This document shows, in pieces, positions 42,685-52,269 of a stretch of 64,000 bases of DNA (the first letter of the stretch is position 1; the number at the start of each line of letters is the position of its first letter). The DNA is from Candidatus Multivorans sp. (lineage in GTDB: Bacteria; Acidobacteriota; Thermoanaerobaculia; Multivoradales; Multivoraceae), in assembly GCA_965224025.1 (NCBI GenBank), contig OZ245033.1, forward strand, positions 1,472,001 through 1,536,000, given 5' to 3'. The position numbers were made by a program, and so were the translations under genes. A model generated the notes under the pieces. It was not told the DNA's origin and ran no database searches. It saw only the letters and a program-made list of their open reading frames with translations.

Positions 42685-43296
42685 AGATAGACCCCCGCGC
42701 CGCCGGCCGCTCCCAGCGCTGCACCGAGCAGCTTGAAGGCAGCGCCACCGGCCATGTCGCTGACCCGCTGCCAGTGACTTCCGCATGTCGAGCAATGACC
42801 AGGATTGATCGCACACGCCAACGTGCCGCACGCCGGAGGCGCGTTCCTGCCCAAGTACATCATCCCTTCCCCTTCAAGATAGACGAAGGTCCCTGTAAGA
42901 AAGGCGGCTCCTGCCGCTGCGCAGAAGGCGTCCTCAATTGCCGCGCTGATCGCTGAGCGAAATGCCGTCGGTCGGCACATCTGGTCCGGCTCCCATGCCC
43001 AGATTTGCGTACCCGCTGTTGCTGCCGGGTGCGGTCGGGTTGCTCGCGCCGGGAGTACCGCCATCGCCGTCGCCAGCAGTCACGGTGATCTCGTTTCCGT
43101 TGGACGCGCAGTTGCCGTTGTCGTCGCAGGTTGTGTTTCCGGTCGGATCCGTGTTCTGTGCCTCAATTGGCACCGCGAACAGCAATCCCGCCAAAAACAG
43201 GACGCTCAGCAGTGCGCCACGAAACGGGGCGACGGCCGTGGTTGGAAGAACCCGCACACCCTGGAGCGGGAAGCGAAACCAACTGACTTTCCTCAT
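42669..43296 (-). CDS. Secreted Cys/Gly-rich protein, bacteriocin-like, apparent frameshift near 42985
   Basis: RBS GGAGG; signal ending VPIEA-Q; CDDNGNC; NEITVTAG; G/N/P linker; second frame gives hydrophobic Ala/Gly helices with 7 Cys. Confidence 0.55.
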
Positions 43297-43299
43297 TAA

Positions 43300-43327
43300 G
43301 GAGGACCTCCGGTTGTGGAGGACCTCC
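43300..43327 (-). promoter_or_regulatory. RBS-sequestering hairpin
   Basis: GGAGGTCCTCC-ACAACC-GGAGGTCCTCC-TTA-ATG on the minus strand. Confidence 0.55.
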
Positions 43328-43663
43328 GTTGTCTGGCCGCACACTCTAGCACACGCGTCAAGGCCGTCAACGACGCCGCGACCGCCCTCAAGAAAGCGCG
43401 TGCCAGACTCCTCGAACTCATCCTGCGGGAAACCAACCCCTCCAGCCGCCGCGGCGCCTGAAGGCCTACCATGGACAACAACACCAGCGCCGGCCTCGCA
43501 ATCGGCGGCAACTGCCCAACACACGGGCGTAACCTTAGGCGGCAGACTCCGCTAACGCTCCGTCTGCCGCTCCAGAAACCAGACCGGAACCGACCGGCTT
43601 TGCCTTCACTGGGCCGACCCGCTCAGGCTCACTTCAGGATTGGACAAGACTAAGGCTCTCGTG

Positions 43664-43793
43664 CCATGCGGGTCCTCCGGTGGCGAGTCCGCCGGCCACT
43701 CCGTGAGATGCGGCGTGGCTGCGGCGACCCGCGTCGCAGCAGCCGTCGGGCGGCCTCTCCGCGAATGCCGGGCGGTGGCCGGCGTTCGGCGGC
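43664..43793 (-). repeat. Degenerate copy F of repeat family 1
   Basis: Ordered blocks ccatgcg..gcgagtccgc..ctcc.gtgag..ttcggcggc match the reverse complement of 40130-40219. Confidence 0.45.
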
Positions 43794-43936
43794 AAGGGAG
43801 TCGCGGCGGCCCATCCGGGTTGTTCCCGGTTAGAGTCAGCCGCCGAAGGTGAGCCGATCTTCGGGGGCGCGGATTCGGCGCTCGCCGCGCTGTTTCCGAC
43901 TGGCGCTTGCTGGCGATTGGAACGAAGGTGGAGAGG

Positions 43937-45064
43937 GTGGAACGGACTGTCTTGTACAGGCGTCACGTCGAGTCGGGAGCCCGGTTCGGGCCCTTCGCCG
44001 GCTACGAGATGCCGATCCAGTATCAGGGGGTGCTCGCCGAGCATCGCGCGGTGCGTGAACGTGCCGGCATGTTCGACGTGTCCCACATGGGGGAGATTCG
44101 GGTGCGGGGTCCGCGCGCCCCGTCCCTGCTGCAGCGTCTGACCCCGAACGATGTCGCGGCGCTCAGGCCCGGGCGCGCGCAGTACAGCGCCTTCCTGACG
44201 GAACGGGGCACGTTCATCGACGATCTTCTCGTCTACCGCCTCGACCCGGAGGACTTCCTCCTGGTGGTGAACGCCGCCTCGCGGGCGCGAGACCTGGCAC
44301 TGCTCGAAGCGGCCGCGGCGTCGGAGGGGACGGGTGTCCGGATCGACGACCAGAGCGACGCGACGGCCCTGATCGCGGTGCAGGGGCCGCGGGCGGCGCA
44401 GATCGTGTCGGAGGTCGTGGGGGCGGAGGCGGCGGCGCTGCGCTACTACTCGTTCCTGCACCAGGACGAGGCCCTCCACCCTGACGAGATTCAGCGGATC
44501 GTCTCGCGGACCGGCTACACGGGCGAGGACGGCTTCGAGATCTACGCCTCGGTTGGCCGGGCCGACGATCTCTGGGTGGAGTTGCTGGAGCGGGGACGCG
44601 ACCGCGGTCTTGAGCCGGCGGGCCTCGGAGCCCGCGACACGTTGCGGCTCGAGGCCGGGATGATGCTCTGCGGCCAGGACATCGACGAGGAGACGACGCC
44701 GATCGAGGCCGGACTGTCCTGGATCGTCAAGTGGAAGAAGGGCGGTTTCGTTGGCCGTGACGCCCTTGCCCGCCAGCGGGAGAACGGCTGCCGTCACCGG
44801 CTCCTTGGTTTCGAGGTCGTTGGCCGCGGCATTGCCCGGCACGCCCATCGTCTGACCGTACGGGACGCCCCCGGATGCGAAGGCCCGGTGACCAGCGGCG
44901 CCTTCGCGCCCACGCTCGGCCGGGCGATCGGCATCGCCCGGGTCGACTGCGGCGAGAGCGGGGTCCCGGAACCTGGCTGCGCCGCCTCGGTCGAAGTTCG
45001 CGGCCGGGAGATCCCTTGCCGTATTGTCAAACTACCGTTCTATCGACGCCCGAAGGGCTTCTAG
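43937..45064 (+). CDS. gcvT: Glycine cleavage system T protein
   Basis: FAGYEMPIQY, FDVSHMG, SRTGYTGEDGFE, GLGARDTLRLEAG. Confidence 0.97.
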   Translation: MERTVLYRRHVESGARFGPFAGYEMPIQYQGVLAEHRAVRERAGMFDVSHMGEIRVRGPRAPSLLQRLTPNDVAALRPGRAQYSAFLTERGTFIDDLLVYRLDPEDFLLVVNAASRARDLALLEAAAASEGTGVRIDDQSDATALIAVQGPRAAQIVSEVVGAEAAALRYYSFLHQDEALHPDEIQRIVSRTGYTGEDGFEIYASVGRADDLWVELLERGRDRGLEPAGLGARDTLRLEAGMMLCGQDIDEETTPIEAGLSWIVKWKKGGFVGRDALARQRENGCRHRLLGFEVVGRGIARHAHRLTVRDAPGCEGPVTSGAFAPTLGRAIGIARVDCGESGVPEPGCAASVEVRGREIPCRIVKLPFYRRPKGF

Positions 45065-45082
45065 TGGAGGACAGACCTTCTG

Positions 45083-45460
45083 ATGATTCCCGACGACCGC
45101 CTTTACACGGAGCAGCACGAGTGGCTCAAGATCGAGGACGGTGAAGCCGTGCTCGGCATCACGGACTTCGCCCAGCAGGAACTCGGGGATGTCGTGTTCG
45201 TCGACATGCCGGCGCCGGGTCAGACCTTCGCGGCCGGCGTCGAGATCGGCGCCATCGAATCGGTCAAGGCCGTCGCCGAGATATTCACCCCGGTCGGGGG
45301 CGCCGTGGAGGCGGCGAACAGCCGGCTCGAGGACGCTCCCGAGCTGGTCAACGAGGATCCGTACGGCGAGGGCTGGCTGGTGCGGCTGCGGCTGGACGGC
45401 GAGGAGCCGGAAGACCTGATGACGGCTGCCGAGTACGAGGCTCTGCTGGCCGCGAGCTGA
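45083..45460 (+). CDS. gcvH: Glycine cleavage system H protein
   Basis: HEW, GITDFAQQELGDVVFV, IESVKA, NEDPYGEGW. Confidence 0.97.
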   Translation: MIPDDRLYTEQHEWLKIEDGEAVLGITDFAQQELGDVVFVDMPAPGQTFAAGVEIGAIESVKAVAEIFTPVGGAVEAANSRLEDAPELVNEDPYGEGWLVRLRLDGEEPEDLMTAAEYEALLAAS

Positions 45461-45488
45461 TCTGGCCGGAAGGAGGAAGCGAGGTCCG

Positions 45489-45950
45489 ATGCGAGGCCTG
45501 GAAACCGTCATCCTGTCGTCGAGTCTGGCGGCGTGGTCGGTCGGCATCCTGGCCCAGATCGGCGTTCTGAGGTGGAACCTGACCTTCGAGCTGGCGCTCT
45601 ATCCGCTCTACATACTGGCGGCGTTCACCGGCTGGTTCTTCGGCAACGTCTACGTTCACCGCCTGAAGCGGGAGCGGGACTCGGCCGGCCGCCGGCTGGA
45701 CGAGCTCGTGCTCCGGATCGCCCGCTCGCGGATGCTGTTCGTGCTCTACCTGTTCGGTCCGCCCGGCTGGCTCTACCTGGTGCGATCCATGGCGAGGCGA
45801 GAGCAACTCGAGGCGATGCCCCTGGTGCCGATCCTGACCTTCGGCGTCTACGCGGCCCTGTTCTCGGTGCCGGTGGTGTTGCGGGGCTTCGCCGCGCCGC
45901 GCCGCAAGTTCGAACTGGGCGGCGGCGGCGGCGACGACTCGCCGCCATAG
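45489..45950 (+). CDS. Hypothetical 4-TM membrane protein
   Basis: RBS aggagg; four hydrophobic segments. Confidence 0.75.
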   Translation: MRGLETVILSSSLAAWSVGILAQIGVLRWNLTFELALYPLYILAAFTGWFFGNVYVHRLKRERDSAGRRLDELVLRIARSRMLFVLYLFGPPGWLYLVRSMARREQLEAMPLVPILTFGVYAALFSVPVVLRGFAAPRRKFELGGGGGDDSPP

Positions 45951-45960
45951 ACTCGCGGCC

Positions 45961-46788
45961 ATGGTGTGTGCGGCAGCGATCCCGCCTGAAGCGCCGGGGG
46001 TCGCCACCCGGATTCAGGCGCTCGAGGACGACCTGGCGAGTCGCGGTCCGGTGCTGGTGGCGTTCTCGGGCGGCGTCGATTCGGGGCTGGTCGCGGCTCT
46101 GGCGCACCGGGCCCTGGGCGAGCGGACGGTGGCGGTGACGGCCGCGGCCGAGACGCTCGCCGGCGAGGAGCTGGACTACGCTCGGAGACTGGCGGCCGAG
46201 ATCGGAATCCGCCACGAGGTGACGGTCTACAGCGAACTCGACGACCCGGAATTCCGCGCCAACCCGCGGCACCGCTGCTACGTGTGTCAGGGGATGCGGA
46301 TGGACCGCATGCTGGAGTTGGCGGCGAAAGGCGGCTTCGCCACCGTCTGCGACGGCACGAACGCCTCCGATCCGGGGCCCGACCGGCCTGGACTCAGGGC
46401 GGTGGGCGAACGCGGCGTCTACAGCCCGCTGCTGGCGCACGGGGTTGCGAAGGCCGAAGCCCGCCGCCTTGCCCGCGCGCTCGGGCTCACGGTCTGGGAC
46501 CGGCCCGCCAACGCCTGCCTGTCGTCGCGGATACCGCACGGACAACTGGTGACCCTGCCCAAGCTTCGCCGCATCGAGGCCGCCGAGGCGGAGCTCCGAA
46601 GCCGGGGCTTCCGGGTGCTTCGGGTGCGCCACGACCGGGCCGCGGCGCGGGTCGAGGTGGGGGCCGCGGAGCTGCTCGAGGCGAAACGGCAGTGGCGCGA
46701 GATCGAGGCGCGGCTGCTTGAACTCGGTTTCGAGACGGCGGCGCTCGACCCGCGGGGCTACCGAACCGGCGGCGCGGACGCCGCCTGA
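45961..46788 (+). CDS. larE: LarE-like ATP-dependent sulfur transferase
   Basis: VAFSGGVDS, RCYVC, DGTNASD..RPG, ACLSSRIP, RVRH. Confidence 0.92.
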   Translation: MVCAAAIPPEAPGVATRIQALEDDLASRGPVLVAFSGGVDSGLVAALAHRALGERTVAVTAAAETLAGEELDYARRLAAEIGIRHEVTVYSELDDPEFRANPRHRCYVCQGMRMDRMLELAAKGGFATVCDGTNASDPGPDRPGLRAVGERGVYSPLLAHGVAKAEARRLARALGLTVWDRPANACLSSRIPHGQLVTLPKLRRIEAAEAELRSRGFRVLRVRHDRAAARVEVGAAELLEAKRQWREIEARLLELGFETAALDPRGYRTGGADAA

Positions 46789-46804
46789 CGCTGCCGGAGG
46801 CGCA

Positions 46805-47572
46805 ATGCGGCGCAAGGAACTTCTCGAACTGCTTCGGGGCGTGGCCTCCGGCAAGGTCTCGCCGGAGGACGCGCACGAGCGGGTGGCCCGCCTGCCGTAC
46901 CTCGACCTGGGCGCCGCCAAGCTCGACCTGTTTCGGGAACTCCGGAGCGGACTGCCCGAGATCGTCTTCGGCCAGGGCAAGAGCGAGGAGGAGCTGGTCC
47001 GGATCGTCGAGTCGATGGTGGAGCACTCGGGTCGGGCGCTGGTCACGCGGCTCGCGGCGCCGGCGGCCGAACGGCTGGATGCGGCGGTCGCGGGAGGTTG
47101 CTACGAGCCGCGGGCGAGGGTCTGGACCGCGGGCCGTTTCGGGCCGGCTTCGGGTCGGCGGATCGCGGTAGTCAGCGCGGGCACGTCGGACTTCCCGGTG
47201 GCGGAGGAGGCGGCGGTGTGCGCCGGCTGGTTGGGTCACGAGGTCGAGCGCATCCGGGATGTGGGAGTCGCCGGCCTTCAGCGTCTGCTCGGCGCGGTGG
47301 ACGAACTCCGCCGCGCGGACGTGGCCGTGGTCGTGGCCGGGATGGACGGCGCCCTGCCGACCGTGGTTGCCGGTCTCGTGGCCTGTCCGGTCGTCGCGGT
47401 GCCCACCAGCGTCGGCTACGGCGCCAGCTTCGAGGGAATCGCGCCGCTGCTCACCATGCTCACGGCCTGCGCGCCGGGGGTTGCGGTGGTCAACATCGAC
47501 AACGGGTTCGGCGCGGCCGCTCTGGCTCACCGCATTCTCGGGCAGCGGGACACCAGCATCGCGTCGCCGTAG
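46805..47572 (+). CDS. larB: LarB nickel-pincer cofactor biosynthesis protein
   Basis: GLPEIVFGQGK, AGTSD.PVAEEA, DVGVAG, AGMDGALP, VPTSVGYG, VNIDNGFGA. Confidence 0.95.
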   Translation: MRRKELLELLRGVASGKVSPEDAHERVARLPYLDLGAAKLDLFRELRSGLPEIVFGQGKSEEELVRIVESMVEHSGRALVTRLAAPAAERLDAAVAGGCYEPRARVWTAGRFGPASGRRIAVVSAGTSDFPVAEEAAVCAGWLGHEVERIRDVGVAGLQRLLGAVDELRRADVAVVVAGMDGALPTVVAGLVACPVVAVPTSVGYGASFEGIAPLLTMLTACAPGVAVVNIDNGFGAAALAHRILGQRDTSIASP

Positions 47573-48561
47573 GAATAGAAGCGGAACTCGCTTGCCATGG
47601 CCTGCCGGTAGGCGTCGAGGGTGCGGTTCCGGCCGGCGAACGCGCAGACCAGCATCAGAAGGGTCGAGCGCGGCAGGTGGAAGTTGGTGATCAGGCGGTC
47701 CGTGACCTGGAACTCGTAGCCGGGGCGAATGAAGAGTTCCGTGCGGCTGGTGCGGGCCTCGATCAGGCCGCAGCCGGAAGCTACGGTCTCCAGGGTGCGG
47801 ACAACCGTGGTGCCGACCGCGACCACCTTGCCGCCGCGGCGGCGCGTGTCGGCGACCGCCTCGGCGGTGGCGGCAGGGACGTCGAACAGCTCGGAGTCCA
47901 TGGTGTGTGTGTCCGGATCGTCGGCCTTGACCGGCCGGAAGGTGCCGGGGCCGACGTGGAGCGTGATCCTGGCGAGCCGGACGCCGCGGCGGTCGAGCGC
48001 CTCGAGGATGGCGGGCGTGAAATGGAGGCCCGCTGTCGGCGCGGCCACGGCCCCTTGTTGCGTCGCATAGACGGTCTGGTAGCGCTCGCGGTCCTCCGCG
48101 GACGCAGGGCGCTCGATGTAGGGGGGCAGGGGCACATCACCGATCGCCTTGAGCAGAGGCCGGATCGGTTCCTCGAAGCGGAGCCGGAAGCGGCCGCCGG
48201 CGCGTTCCTCGACCCGGGCTGCGGGCCCGCTGTCCAACGAGATGGTGGCGCCCCGGTCCATCCGCCGTCCCGGACGCAGCAGGCACCACCATTCGGCCGG
48301 CGCAGCGCGCTCGACCAGCAGGATCTCGACCCGGCCGCCGGTCGGCCGGCGGGCCCGGAGCCGGGCGGGAATGACCCGGGTGTCGTTGACCACGAGCAGG
48401 TCGCCCGGATCGAGCAGGTCCGGCAGGTCGCCGAAAGACCGTTCCATCGTGGCGGCGCCCACCACGAGCAGGCGGCTCTCACCGCGGGTTCCCGGGTGCT
48501 GGGCGATCGCTTCCGAGGACAGGTAGTAGTCGAAATCGGAGGTCTTCAGGCTGCCGGTCAC
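47527..48561 (-). CDS. queA: S-adenosylmethionine:tRNA ribosyltransferase-isomerase
   Basis: NDTRVIPARL, PLPPYI, YQTVYA, AAPTAGLHF, LHVGPGTF, TNFHLPRST, FYSYGDAM. Confidence 0.98.
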   Translation of the reverse strand: MTGSLKTSDFDYYLSSEAIAQHPGTRGESRLLVVGAATMERSFGDLPDLLDPGDLLVVNDTRVIPARLRARRPTGGRVEILLVERAAPAEWWCLLRPGRRMDRGATISLDSGPAARVEERAGGRFRLRFEEPIRPLLKAIGDVPLPPYIERPASAEDRERYQTVYATQQGAVAAPTAGLHFTPAILEALDRRGVRLARITLHVGPGTFRPVKADDPDTHTMDSELFDVPAATAEAVADTRRRGGKVVAVGTTVVRTLETVASGCGLIEARTSRTELFIRPGYEFQVTDRLITNFHLPRSTLLMLVCAFAGRNRTLDAYRQAMASEFRFYSYGDAMLVSRCPRMR

Positions 48562-49601
48562 GTCTGACCCAGCCAGGTGCGGATCGCCCAGGGAGAGCGC
48601 CGGCGAGCGCCGCGGTCGGCGCCGGTCCGAATACCCGCGAGCCGGTCGGTCAGACCGTCCGCCAGGAGGCTGGACCCGATCACGGCCGCGGCGACCATCA
48701 GGCCGGGGAACGCGGCGATCCACCAGGCCGTCGCCAGGTGGCCCTGGCCGTCGGCGATCATCGATCCCCAACTGGCCTGGGGCGGCTGCACGCCGAGTCC
48801 AAGGAAGGAGAGCGCCGCCTCGACCAGGATGCAGCCGCCCACCCGCAGGCTGGCGTCGATGAGGAGCGGCGTGGTCGCGTTCGGCAGGAGATGGCGTACC
48901 AGGACGCCGGCCGGCGAGCGCCCCGAGGCGGCCGCGGCGAGGGCGAACGGCTCCTGTTTCAGCCGCAGGATCTCGGCGCGCACCAGGCGGGCCAGACCCA
49001 TCCAGCCGGTGCCGCCGATCAGCACGACCAGGAGCCAGGTACCTGGCTGATAGAGCGCCGCCAGCAGCAGCACCAGGGCCAGGTGAGGGAAGCAGAGCAG
49101 TCCGTCCACGGTCCGCATCAATACCTGGTCGACGAAACGTCCACAGATAGCGGCCAGGGCGCCGATGGCCGTTCCGGCGGTCAACGCGAGCGCCGCGGCG
49201 AGCAGCCCGATCGTCAGGGAGACGTGGGCGCCGTGGAGCAACCGCGAAAGCAGGTCGCGACCGAGCGCGTCGGTGCCCAGCCAGGCCCGCCGCCGCTCGG
49301 TGATGCCGCGCTCGCCGAAGTTCGTCACCGCGCTGAGCGGAAGGCGTTTCACGCCCGATCGCCGCTCGAGGATCAGGTCGTCGCCATCGACGTGAGCGCT
49401 CTCAGCCAGCCGTGGGTCACCAGCGACCGTCCGAACGACAAGCAGTGACGACAGTGGGGGCCGCCGACTCGATTCGGCGGCGTCGAGCTGCTGCGCCGGA
49501 TCGTACGGGGCGAGCAGGGGCGCGGCGGCGGCGAGCAGGGCCAGACAGGCGAGGATCCAGGCGCCCGTGCGAGCTGACCGCGGCAGGGAGGAACGCCTCA
49601 T
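48558..49601 (-). CDS. Peptide/nickel ABC transporter permease (DppC-like)
   Basis: LGTDALGRD, RHLLPN, EAALSFLGLGVQPP..SWG. Confidence 0.92.
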   Translation of the reverse strand: MRRSSLPRSARTGAWILACLALLAAAAPLLAPYDPAQQLDAAESSRRPPLSSLLVVRTVAGDPRLAESAHVDGDDLILERRSGVKRLPLSAVTNFGERGITERRRAWLGTDALGRDLLSRLLHGAHVSLTIGLLAAALALTAGTAIGALAAICGRFVDQVLMRTVDGLLCFPHLALVLLLAALYQPGTWLLVVLIGGTGWMGLARLVRAEILRLKQEPFALAAAASGRSPAGVLVRHLLPNATTPLLIDASLRVGGCILVEAALSFLGLGVQPPQASWGSMIADGQGHLATAWWIAAFPGLMVAAAVIGSSLLADGLTDRLAGIRTGADRGARRRSPWAIRTWLGQT

Positions 49602-50563
49602 TCCGCCTTGACCCTCGGGTCGAGGCGCACCAGGAGCAGGTCCGCGGCAAGAGAGGCGGCGATGACCAGGATCGCGCCGTAGGCGGTGGCGGCGAGGACC
49701 ACGGGAACGTCGCGGGCCTGGATTGCCTGGAGTGTCGCTGAACCCAGGCCGGGCCAGGCGAACACCGCCTCGGCGACGATCGCGCCGGAAAGCAGGAGCG
49801 GCGCTGAGACAGCGGCCATCTGCAGCAGTCTGGGTGCGGCATGGGCAAGGCCGTGAACGAGCAGGATCCGGGTCTCGGGCAGGCCGCGTGCGCGCGCCGC
49901 GCGGCCGGCTTCGGTCGACTGGAACTCGATCAGCGAAGTCCGGGTGTAGCGCGCGATGTCGCCGGCCATGGACAGGCCGAGGACCAGGGCCGGAAGCCAC
50001 AGGTGGCCCAGAACGTCGAGTGCGGTCGCCAGCGGTCCGAACTCGAAGGCGGCGGCGGAGGTCATGCCGCCGGTGGGCGCCAGCCCCAGGCCGACTCCGA
50101 GCACCAGCACCGCCATCAGGCCGACCCAGAAGGTCGGCAATGCGTACACGAGCAGACTTCCCGCCCGGACGCCGAGGTCGAGCCAGGAATTCGGCCGGCC
50201 AGCCGCGATCAGGCCGAGGCCGATGCCGAGCAGGTACTGAGCGAGCAGGGCGGCGCCGGCGAGCAGCAGAGTGGGCGGAAGTGATTCGAACAGGAGTTCC
50301 GAGACCGGCCGTCCGGTCTGGTAGGACTGTCCCCAGTCCCAGGAACTGACGACCGCGCCCAGCCAGCGGACGTACTGCACTGGCAGAGGCTGGTCGAGCC
50401 CGTACAGGGCCCGCAGCCGTTCCGCCTGCTCGGGGGGGATTCGAGGATCCGTGGGCGCCAGCGGATCGCCGGGCGCCAGCGTGACCGCGGCGAAGGTCAG
50501 GGTGAGGACGATCAGGAAGAGGACGGCGGCGGCCGCCGTCCGCCGCAACAGGAAGCGGATCAC
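49598..50563 (-). CDS. Peptide/nickel ABC transporter permease (DppB-like)
   Basis: APGDP, GLDQPL..QY, ARARGL, E.VFAWPGLG. Confidence 0.92.
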   Translation of the reverse strand: MIRFLLRRTAAAAVLFLIVLTLTFAAVTLAPGDPLAPTDPRIPPEQAERLRALYGLDQPLPVQYVRWLGAVVSSWDWGQSYQTGRPVSELLFESLPPTLLLAGAALLAQYLLGIGLGLIAAGRPNSWLDLGVRAGSLLVYALPTFWVGLMAVLVLGVGLGLAPTGGMTSAAAFEFGPLATALDVLGHLWLPALVLGLSMAGDIARYTRTSLIEFQSTEAGRAARARGLPETRILLVHGLAHAAPRLLQMAAVSAPLLLSGAIVAEAVFAWPGLGSATLQAIQARDVPVVLAATAYGAILVIAASLAADLLLVRLDPRVKAE

Positions 50564-50564
50564 A

Positions 50565-52145
50565 TCAGCGCCAGGCCCATTCCTCGAGGTTGGCGAGCGG
50601 GCTGAGAGCGTTCGGCGTCACCGACTCGAGTCCGTCGTCGAATGCGGCCAGACTCATCGACTCCCAGAGCACGAGCATCGGTTGGTCGTCGTGCAGGATC
50701 CGCTGCAAGCGGTGGAGATCCTCCCTACCCTTCATGGGATCGAGCAGGGAGGCAAAGCTGTCTATCAGCCTGTCGACCTCGGGATTGTCATAGGCGGCGA
50801 AGTTGAAGCCGCCGATCGACTCGCTGTGAAAGGTGAAGCGGAAGTCGAGACTGGTGTCGATTGCGAACGCGGAGGCCGCGGCGTCGAAGTCCTGCGCGAA
50901 CAATCTGTCGTTGAGGGCGTTCGGGTCGAAGCGGCGCGGCTGAGCGTCGATTCCGACGGCGCGGAGGTCGGCCTGGATCATCTGCATCGCGTCCCAGCGT
51001 GCACCGGCGCCGGCATAGGTCGCCAACTCGAAGCGGAACGGCACGCCGCCGCGCTCGAGGATGCCGTCGCCGTCGGCGTCGATCCAGCCGGTGTCGGCCA
51101 GGGCCGCACGGGCGGCCGCGGGATCGTGGGGCCAGGGTTCGAGCTCCGGGTCGTGCGCCCAGACGCCGGAGATGATCGGACTGCTCCCGACCTGGGCGTA
51201 GCCATGCCAGATGGTGTCCACGATCGCCCGACGGTCGATCGCCAGCGCCAGGGCGCGCCGGGTCGTCGCATCCTTGAACCACGGTTTGCTCGTGTTCCAC
51301 GAGACGAACGTGAACTGGCGGTTGGGGTAGGCGATCAGGCGGAGGCCGGGCCGGCCGTCGATGCGGTTTGCGTCGCCGGCCGCGATCCCGGAGGCGACGT
51401 CGAGTTCGCCGGCCAGAAGCTGGTTGGTCAGCGCCGTGCTGTCGGGCACGGTACGCAGGATGATACGCTCCAACTGCGGTAGTCCGGCCTTGAAGTGATC
51501 GGGATTGCGCCCGAGGACGAGTTCGCGGCCCGGTGTTCGGCTCTCGAGCCGGAAGGGGCCGTTGGTGACCAGGTGCTCGAAGAACCAGCCCGGGTCGCTC
51601 CGCCATTCGGCGAACGGCCGCGCTTCCCAAGCGTGCTTGGGGAGGATCGTGCCAGTCGACACGTCGGCCAACGCCGTGGGTAGAGCGGCGTTGAAGTGAA
51701 AGCGGGCGGTGTGGGAGTCGATCACCTCGACATCGACGATCGACCCCTTGTACGAGGAGTAGTCCCAGGCGACGCCGGCATCGGTCTGGGCCAGCCAGGT
51801 GAAGCGGACATCCTCCGCGGTCACTGGCTGACCATCGCTCCACACCGCGTCCGCTCGCAGCCGTACGGTCAACCGCAGCCGGTCCTCCGAGAACTCCCAC
51901 GAATCAGCCAGCCCCGGCGCCCAGCTTGGGGGCCCTTCCCGGAAGTCCCCTTGCTCCTCCATCAGCGACAGGAACATCTGGCTGTTGACCGCGGCGTACG
52001 CCAGGGTCGGCGGGCCGATCAGCTCGTTCGGCGTCGGGTAGTCGAACCGCAGCCCGATAGTGACGCGCGTGGTGTCGCGGGGGGCGTCGGAACTGCAACC
52101 CCAGCCGAGTACGGCGACCATTCCGGCTGCCGCCAATACCCGCAT
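50565..52145 (-). CDS. Family 5 ABC substrate-binding lipoprotein
   Basis: Lipobox LGWGC; LADSWE, WSDGQPVTAEDVRFT, NGPF, RRALALAIDR. Confidence 0.92.
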   Translation of the reverse strand: MRVLAAAGMVAVLGWGCSSDAPRDTTRVTIGLRFDYPTPNELIGPPTLAYAAVNSQMFLSLMEEQGDFREGPPSWAPGLADSWEFSEDRLRLTVRLRADAVWSDGQPVTAEDVRFTWLAQTDAGVAWDYSSYKGSIVDVEVIDSHTARFHFNAALPTALADVSTGTILPKHAWEARPFAEWRSDPGWFFEHLVTNGPFRLESRTPGRELVLGRNPDHFKAGLPQLERIILRTVPDSTALTNQLLAGELDVASGIAAGDANRIDGRPGLRLIAYPNRQFTFVSWNTSKPWFKDATTRRALALAIDRRAIVDTIWHGYAQVGSSPIISGVWAHDPELEPWPHDPAAARAALADTGWIDADGDGILERGGVPFRFELATYAGAGARWDAMQMIQADLRAVGIDAQPRRFDPNALNDRLFAQDFDAAASAFAIDTSLDFRFTFHSESIGGFNFAAYDNPEVDRLIDSFASLLDPMKGREDLHRLQRILHDDQPMLVLWESMSLAAFDDGLESVTPNALSPLANLEEWAWR

Positions 52146-52269
52146 CAACGTTCGCGCCACGGGCACGGAATCATCCCTTCCGTCTGGTAGCTGCCGGTCG
52201 CCGGCCCCACGTTCGCCCCACAGGCACGGAATGATCGTACACCCGATCTCTCTTGTAGCGTTCGTAGGC

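Noticed and set aside
43795-43900. Glycine riboswitch upstream of gcvT (GGGAG...GCCGCCGAAGG)
   Set aside because: The location fits, but the conserved CUCUCAGG element is not visible; it needs an Rfam cmsearch, so it is not called.
47527-47572. 46-bp convergent overlap of larB and queA
   Set aside because: Common in GC-rich genomes, and both tails are non-conserved.
48558-52145. ABC transporter lacking ATPase genes as a novelty
   Set aside because: Peptide ABC ATPases are often encoded elsewhere in the genome.
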